Source: an uncultured virus (IMG/VR IMGVR_UViG_3300030376_007335) (Duplodnaviria; Heunggongvirae; Uroviricota; Caudoviricetes). From it: a stretch of 20,000 bases of DNA. Shown here piece after piece: positions 15,881 through 20,000 of the stretch. The translations under genes were made by a program, and so were the position numbers. Positions within the stretch are counted from its first letter, which is position 1. Each line of letters starts with the position of its first letter. The stretch is taken from positions 53,416 through 73,415 of IMG/VR virus record IMGVR_UViG_3300030376_007335. One strand, given 5' to 3'. The notes under the pieces were generated by a model, which was given only the letters and a program-made list of their open reading frames with translations, was not told the origin of the DNA and ran no database searches.

Positions 15881-15902
15881 AATGAAAGTATATACTTTCA
15901 TT
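15881..15902. promoter_or_regulatory. perfect 22-bp palindrome, putative operator containing TATACT
   Basis: AATGAAAGTATATACTTTCATT. Confidence 0.6.
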
Positions 15903-15920
15903 TAATGAATGACATCACTC

Positions 15921-16178
15921 TTAATGAACTACGGTTGGGCGTATTGATAGAAGTTGGGATAAAACATCACCTGCAAATCTTACGGGAGCAGGTACTCCAG
16001 GAATATTACCAATTTGACCTACTAAGGTAGGAAGTATTCTTCGTCCTAGATTTTGGTTAATCTCTCCACCAGTTCCTGGGCCTGTTGTAGGAGCAACTAT
16101 CCAAGGGTTTTGTATTTGATTACGCATTCTAGGATCTGCTATTGCTGCTCCCATTCCTGCTAATAAAGCTGGATTCAT
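15921..16178 (-). CDS. Pro/Gly-rich hypothetical protein
   Basis: 85-aa ORF, own TAGAAT at 16205-16200. Confidence 0.7.
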   Translation of the reverse strand: MNPALLAGMGAAIADPRMRNQIQNPWIVAPTTGPGTGGEINQNLGRRILPTLVGQIGNIPGVPAPVRFAGDVLSQLLSIRPTVVH

Positions 16179-16202
16179 TTTCTTTAATTCTTTGTACTTA
16201 TT

Positions 16203-16439
16203 CTACTTTTTCTGATCCTCTTGAATGTCATCCAGTTGTTTATAGATGAAAATCAGTTTCTTTTGGATCTTGTCGGTTTCGTTCAATGTTCCAAGACCAA
16301 CTAACATCGACTCGATATGAATTTTACAATCGATTAAAACTCGACATTCATTTGTACTTGGCTCATAGGGCATTTTCTTATTTAACGTGTTTCCACGTTT
16401 TGTAACTTTGTACATTATAGATTGTGCTGGTTTCAACAC
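16203..16439 (-). CDS. hypothetical protein (true start probably the internal MPYEPS)
   Basis: Track ORF overlaps the upstream gene; the ATG at 16373 avoids the overlap. Confidence 0.55.
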   Translation of the reverse strand: MLKPAQSIMYKVTKRGNTLNKKMPYEPSTNECRVLIDCKIHIESMLVGLGTLNETDKIQKKLIFIYKQLDDIQEDQKK

Positions 16440-16689
16440 CGAATTCTACTGCCCAGTCCACTTTTGAGTAACGTTCTTCATTTTCCCTTATCCTCTTTAC
16501 CTTTTCAGGGTCTAGTTTTGTATTAGTAGGTATTTTCCCTGGGGTCTTTTTTCTTGAATATCTTTCGATTGTTTTAAACTTTTGTTTACAATCTAGGCAT
16601 CTACAGTACCTAACTGTCTGTCTTTCTTTATGTTCAGTACAGGTGACTCTAGTGTTTTTACTCTTACACTTATTACAGTTCATTCTCAT
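16378..16689 (-). CDS. zinc-ribbon (NrdR-N/Ogr-like) plus C-terminal HTH protein
   Basis: CNKC...TRV...VRYCRCLDCKQKFKTIE, then KLDPEKVKRIR...WAVEFGVETSTIYNVQSYKTW. Confidence 0.7.
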   Translation of the reverse strand: MRMNCNKCKSKNTRVTCTEHKERQTVRYCRCLDCKQKFKTIERYSRKKTPGKIPTNTKLDPEKVKRIRENEERYSKVDWAVEFGVETSTIYNVQSYKTWKHVK

Positions 16690-16939
16690 TCTCCGGAATT
16701 ATTCTATGTTGTGGTCGGATACAAGTACTGTTAATTTCATCCCATAAAATCTCATAATAAAAATGTCTAGCCCCTTTGCTATTTCTCTTTATCTCATAGT
16801 TTTGAATGACGCCTTTCCTTGGTTTGCCATATCTATTTACGCCCTTATAGCGAACGCTATCGATAGTTAATTTAGAAGTTCTCCGTTCTTTAATGCGGTC
16901 ACCTATTTTGTATTTAGGTGATGGTTCTTTGTTAGTCAT
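16673..16939 (-). CDS. basic hypothetical protein, possibly SH3-like
   Basis: KYKIGDRIKE...KGVI...YYEILWD. Confidence 0.65.
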   Translation of the reverse strand: MTNKEPSPKYKIGDRIKERRTSKLTIDSVRYKGVNRYGKPRKGVIQNYEIKRNSKGARHFYYEILWDEINSTCIRPQHRIIPENENEL

Positions 16940-16966
16940 GATAAAAAGAGAGTGTGTGAAGAGTTT

Positions 16967-17060
16967 GGGGGACTTACGAGTACATCCTTAAATACTGACC
17001 CATGTAGGACGGGACTGGGTAACGACCTCGGCACCATCAGTATTTCCTCGGAGGGAACCC
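16967..17060. ncRNA. GC-rich structured intergenic element
   Basis: AAATACTGA(16990-98)/TCAGTATTT(17037-45), inner ACCCA/TGGGT, terminal GGG/CCC. Confidence 0.45.
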
Positions 17061-17173
17061 ATTTACTTAGAGATTGAAGAGTAGTTGTTACCAGTTAGCC
17101 CGACCAGTAACCATTCTTTCTCTAGGGCAGGATGATAAGAAGAACAATGCAGACATTCAACTCTGCCCCTAGA

Positions 17174-17251
17174 TTAATAGTTGTCGTGAATGTTTCTTAG
17201 AATTGTGTAGACGACTACTATTGCGAGTACACAGATAAAGATTTGAGTCAT
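17174..17251 (-). CDS. possible 25-aa membrane peptide
   Basis: MTQIFICVLAIVVVYTILRNIHDNY*; ATGA overlap with upstream stop. Confidence 0.45.
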   Translation of the reverse strand: MTQIFICVLAIVVVYTILRNIHDNY

Positions 17252-17445
17252 TTAAGTTCTCTCCTTGGTTGGATGGATGCGATTTCAATTTGATAATCGT
17301 CTTCATATATAGCTTCTTCTGGATTAATTTGCCACTTCCAGAATGGTGCTTTCTCTGCAATTTTTTCTGCTTCATCTACATCCGCTGCATCTATATCAAT
17401 TAGATAAGGGATAGTAATTGCTGCGTAGGCTGTGTATTTAGTCAT
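17248..17445 (-). CDS. hypothetical protein
   Basis: 65-aa ORF (IDAADVDEAEKIA), coupled to upstream gene. Confidence 0.7.
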   Translation of the reverse strand: MTKYTAYAAITIPYLIDIDAADVDEAEKIAEKAPFWKWQINPEEAIYEDDYQIEIASIQPRRELK

Positions 17446-17870
17446 TAGTTCCTCTCTTGTAATAAGGTTAGTTTTTCTAAGTAGTTTCTAATTAGACGGA
17501 GTTCTGTAAGTACAGGATCATCTGTTTTCTGAAGGTGTGGAGTATCATCTATACCTTGGTTGAGAGTTTCAAGAAGGTGTTGTTTGAGAGGTTTTGTTGG
17601 TTCATTTAGTGATCTCTTGATTGTTTCTTCTATAAACTTTAAATTGTTTTCTACCGCTTCTTCTTTCCAAGGTAGATAGATAGAGCTTGCATATTCTGAT
17701 TTCCTAGTAATAGAGCCATCATCATTCTTTTCATAACGAACCCAGAATATTTGAGTACCTTTTATATTCTTTCTTCTTCCATTACATGAGATTCTTACAC
17801 CTTTAGCTATGAATCTGGCATTTAGTCTGTACGCTTGTTCCCAAGACTGTCCTGTATTAAGTTTAGGCAT
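17445..17870 (-). CDS. hypothetical protein, weak resemblance to an integrase N-terminal domain
   Basis: 141-aa ORF; W-x-x-x-x-R...G...DDG...LPW pattern. Confidence 0.65.
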   Translation of the reverse strand: MPKLNTGQSWEQAYRLNARFIAKGVRISCNGRRKNIKGTQIFWVRYEKNDDGSITRKSEYASSIYLPWKEEAVENNLKFIEETIKRSLNEPTKPLKQHLLETLNQGIDDTPHLQKTDDPVLTELRLIRNYLEKLTLLQERN

Positions 17871-17872
17871 TG

Positions 17873-18076
17873 TTAAAAAGCTATGTAAGGTAAGTTGTCA
17901 TGCTGATCATCATCAACATTTTCTACTAGTTTCATGTAAGGAAGTTCCTCTTCTTTATTACAGAAACCACAAGGAATTCTCTTCCCTTTTTTGTTAACTA
18001 TTATTTGATATTTGCTGATGTTGGTTGCTTCATCATCATCAACAATTTCGATAAGAGCGTAGAATTTTTTAGTCAT
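17873..18076 (-). CDS. hypothetical protein
   Basis: 67-aa ORF packed in operon. Confidence 0.65.
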   Translation of the reverse strand: MTKKFYALIEIVDDDEATNISKYQIIVNKKGKRIPCGFCNKEEELPYMKLVENVDDDQHDNLPYIAF

Positions 18077-18078
18077 AG

Positions 18079-18552
18079 TTAGAAAGGGATTTCGTCAACA
18101 TCGTTTATGTCATAGTCAAGAGAATCTAAGTCACTCAACCGGTGTTTTTTTGGAGGTTCAGTTGGAGGTCCAGCTGAGTCATGATAATCAACAGCCATCC
18201 CCCTATCCCAGGCTGCTGGTTCATCAATTTCAACTACTCGTTTGAAGTGATTGACCATTGCTTTAGTAGCACCTACAGCTGCGTTGACGTTATTTGCATC
18301 TAACGCTGCCTTGTTGACTACTTCTAATAGGTTCATGATCCGGTCATACCTATACCGAACACCTTCTACATCAAAGGCATTGCTAAGTAGTTTTCTACCA
18401 TCTCTGACATAAGTCCTAGCTTGTTGGGAAGTAACACCAAATTCAGTAGCTAATTCTTTTACAACATCAGCTTGAGTAGCTAATGGATCTTCGAGAAGTT
18501 CGGCAGCTCTTTCAATTCTGATAGCCATTTGTTCTTTACTTGCTTTAGTCAT
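18079..18552 (-). CDS. HTH protein with acidic DEIPF tail
   Basis: RIERAAELL...DVVKELATEFGVTSQQARTYVRDGRKLL HTH; C-terminus DINDVDEIPF. Confidence 0.7.
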   Translation of the reverse strand: MTKASKEQMAIRIERAAELLEDPLATQADVVKELATEFGVTSQQARTYVRDGRKLLSNAFDVEGVRYRYDRIMNLLEVVNKAALDANNVNAAVGATKAMVNHFKRVVEIDEPAAWDRGMAVDYHDSAGPPTEPPKKHRLSDLDSLDYDINDVDEIPF

Positions 18553-18842
18553 GCCATTACTCCCTCGTCATCTACTGGAGGAATAGGATCTGTTACAGGA
18601 TTATCATCTGTTTTAAAAGCCTCTTGAAAAATTAAGAGATCTTTCTTCGCAGCAAATTCAGTTTTAAGTCTTTTTCTAATGATGCGAATTTCATCTCCAT
18701 CATCAGGATCAGTTGCTAGTACATGCTTAAGAGAGATCTTTGCTCCATCACATGCTCCCTCTTCGTTGTCATATACATTTAGAACCATTGGTTCTCTTTG
18801 TGGATCTAATAGTACATAAACCCATTCGTTACTTGGTTCCAT
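18549..18842 (-). CDS. hypothetical protein
   Basis: 97-aa ORF with GGAG RBS and ATGA overlap downstream. Confidence 0.7.
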   Translation of the reverse strand: MEPSNEWVYVLLDPQREPMVLNVYDNEEGACDGAKISLKHVLATDPDDGDEIRIIRKRLKTEFAAKKDLLIFQEAFKTDDNPVTDPIPPVDDEGVMA

Positions 18843-18874
18843 AAGAGTCTCCTATAGTGTGTTTAGATAATGTA

Positions 18875-19294
18875 TTAAGGTTGTGGAGGTAGGTCAGGAG
18901 TATATGTCCAATGAGTACATTCATACCGATTGGTAAAATCCTCTACCTCTGATGGTTCGATTAAAAACCAACCATTGTCTTTTTGAAAGACCATGATTTT
19001 TCCGAAAGGATCTGCTTGTTTCTCCTCTGGGAGATTTTCTAAATCCAGTGGAAAAATATTTTCTGGTAGTGTCACAAGCGATGGATGCAAAGCAAGTAGG
19101 TTGTCTATTTCAAGTGGATTAAATTTATAGACATGGGTTAATTGAGTTTCTAAGTCTTCCTTAGACCAGAGGACTAGGTTTGTGAATACCGAATTCAATA
19201 CCTTTACAGCTTCAAGGCCATGAGTCCTGCCATCTACTATTTTTCGTAGGAGCTGCTCATCCTTTTTATCTGACTCAGTTTGTAGGTAGGTCAT
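18875..19294 (-). CDS. hypothetical protein with DUF551-like C-terminus
   Basis: LPEEKQADPFGKIMVF...THWTYTPDLPP. Confidence 0.6.
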   Translation of the reverse strand: MTYLQTESDKKDEQLLRKIVDGRTHGLEAVKVLNSVFTNLVLWSKEDLETQLTHVYKFNPLEIDNLLALHPSLVTLPENIFPLDLENLPEEKQADPFGKIMVFQKDNGWFLIEPSEVEDFTNRYECTHWTYTPDLPPQP

Positions 19295-19460
19295 CCATCT
19301 CCTCTAGATCTTTTTTGGTGTATTCGTATTCATTAAACAGCCAAGAGTCATGTTTGGCACCCCATATTCTGTTTAATTTTTCGATTTCTCTTCTTTTTTT
19401 AACTTTATTTTCAATTTCATTGAGTTTTTCTCGGTTTACCTGGAATTTACGGATGGTCAT
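19275..19460 (-). CDS. hypothetical protein (start revised to ATG 19460)
   Basis: GGAGG RBS precedes MTIRKFQ. Confidence 0.65.
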   Translation of the reverse strand: MTIRKFQVNREKLNEIENKVKKRREIEKLNRIWGAKHDSWLFNEYEYTKKDLEEMDDLPTN

Positions 19461-19839
19461 GGTGTTCCTCCTTATGTGGAAATTGTTCATTTAAAGTTAT
19501 AAGTTTCTTCCTCTGTTTGTCTTCAGGTGGGAAGGTTTCTTCTAACGATATAGCTAATTTTTTTAATTTTTCAATAGAATTTGGTTCCCAATTAGTTTTT
19601 TCTATATGCTTAGTTATTATTTTGTAAGCTTTGTCGTAGTCATCGGTTTTACTACTACTTCCTTTTAATTTTATATATCTATCAAATTGTTCAAAAAGAT
19701 TAGTATCTTTAATACGTTCTGCTTTTCTTAATCTCACTCCAATTGTACCTGCATATTCAATAAGGCTTATGCCTTTAAGTGCTTTCAATTTCTTTTGTAG
19801 TTCTTTTGATGCAACGAGAGAAACATGATAGGTAGTCAT
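19447..19839 (-). CDS. hypothetical protein
   Basis: 130-aa ORF with GGAGG RBS and TAATG coupling. Confidence 0.75.
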   Translation of the reverse strand: MTTYHVSLVASKELQKKLKALKGISLIEYAGTIGVRLRKAERIKDTNLFEQFDRYIKLKGSSSKTDDYDKAYKIITKHIEKTNWEPNSIEKLKKLAISLEETFPPEDKQRKKLITLNEQFPHKEEHHDHP

Positions 19840-19866
19840 TAGTTTTCCTCCTGTGGAAATTGTTCA
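19465..19866. repeat. direct repeat TTCCTCC(TTA)TGTGGAAATTGTTCA, two copies
   Basis: copies at 19465-19489 and 19845-19866; 15 nt identical core. Confidence 0.8.
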
Positions 19867-20000
19867 CGGATAGCCCCACAGAATTTTGAGAAAACTCTGC
19901 AAGGCTGTACTGGTCCAGCTATGTCACCACAGTGTCTTTCATGTGGTTCTAGATAGAAGTTAAGGAGCCTCCACTCCTCTGGAGATAGGTCGCAATCAAG
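19839..20000 (-). CDS. 3' end of a hypothetical protein
   Basis: open frame ...LDCDLSPEEWRLLNFYLEPHERHCGD...IREQFPQEEN*. Confidence 0.6.
   Translation of the reverse strand, partial: LDCDLSPEEWRLLNFYLEPHERHCGDIAGPVQPCRVFSKFCGAIREQFPQEEN

Noticed and set aside
12190..17997. Track ORFs 12190-12456-, 12741-13004+, 15112-15342+, 17169-17375- and 17809-17997+
   Set aside because: Antisense or off-frame to coherent genes, including small ones identified manually
1..20000. CRISPR array, tRNA, transposase or catalytic integrase
   Set aside because: No regularly spaced repeats, cloverleaf or catalytic motifs found by eye

Overview
AT-rich, gene-dense segment of a cyanophage genome, most likely infecting Prochlorococcus (its D1 carries Met205/Cys282). 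The left part (1-8410, mostly minus strand) is a replication/recombination module: PD-(D/E)XK exonuclease, wHTH and AbrB-like regulators, Gp157-like protein, DUF5895-like protein, double-OB SSB and a T7-type family A DNA polymerase with Tyr at the 762-equivalent site. An NblA-like gene lies within it on the opposite strand. The middle (about 9250-11300) is a host-takeover cassette: a structured kissing-loop RNA candidate, an NtcA box in repressor position over a promoter driving two short ORFs missed by the ORF track (DUF4278-like), psbA with a PhotoRC-type leader (split only by a 10-N assembly gap), and a candidate sRNA after psbA. The right part is a run of small hypothetical genes with further structured-RNA, operator and repeat candidates. 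No recognisable virion structural genes, tRNAs or CRISPR arrays were seen. All family assignments come from motif recognition, not database searches.
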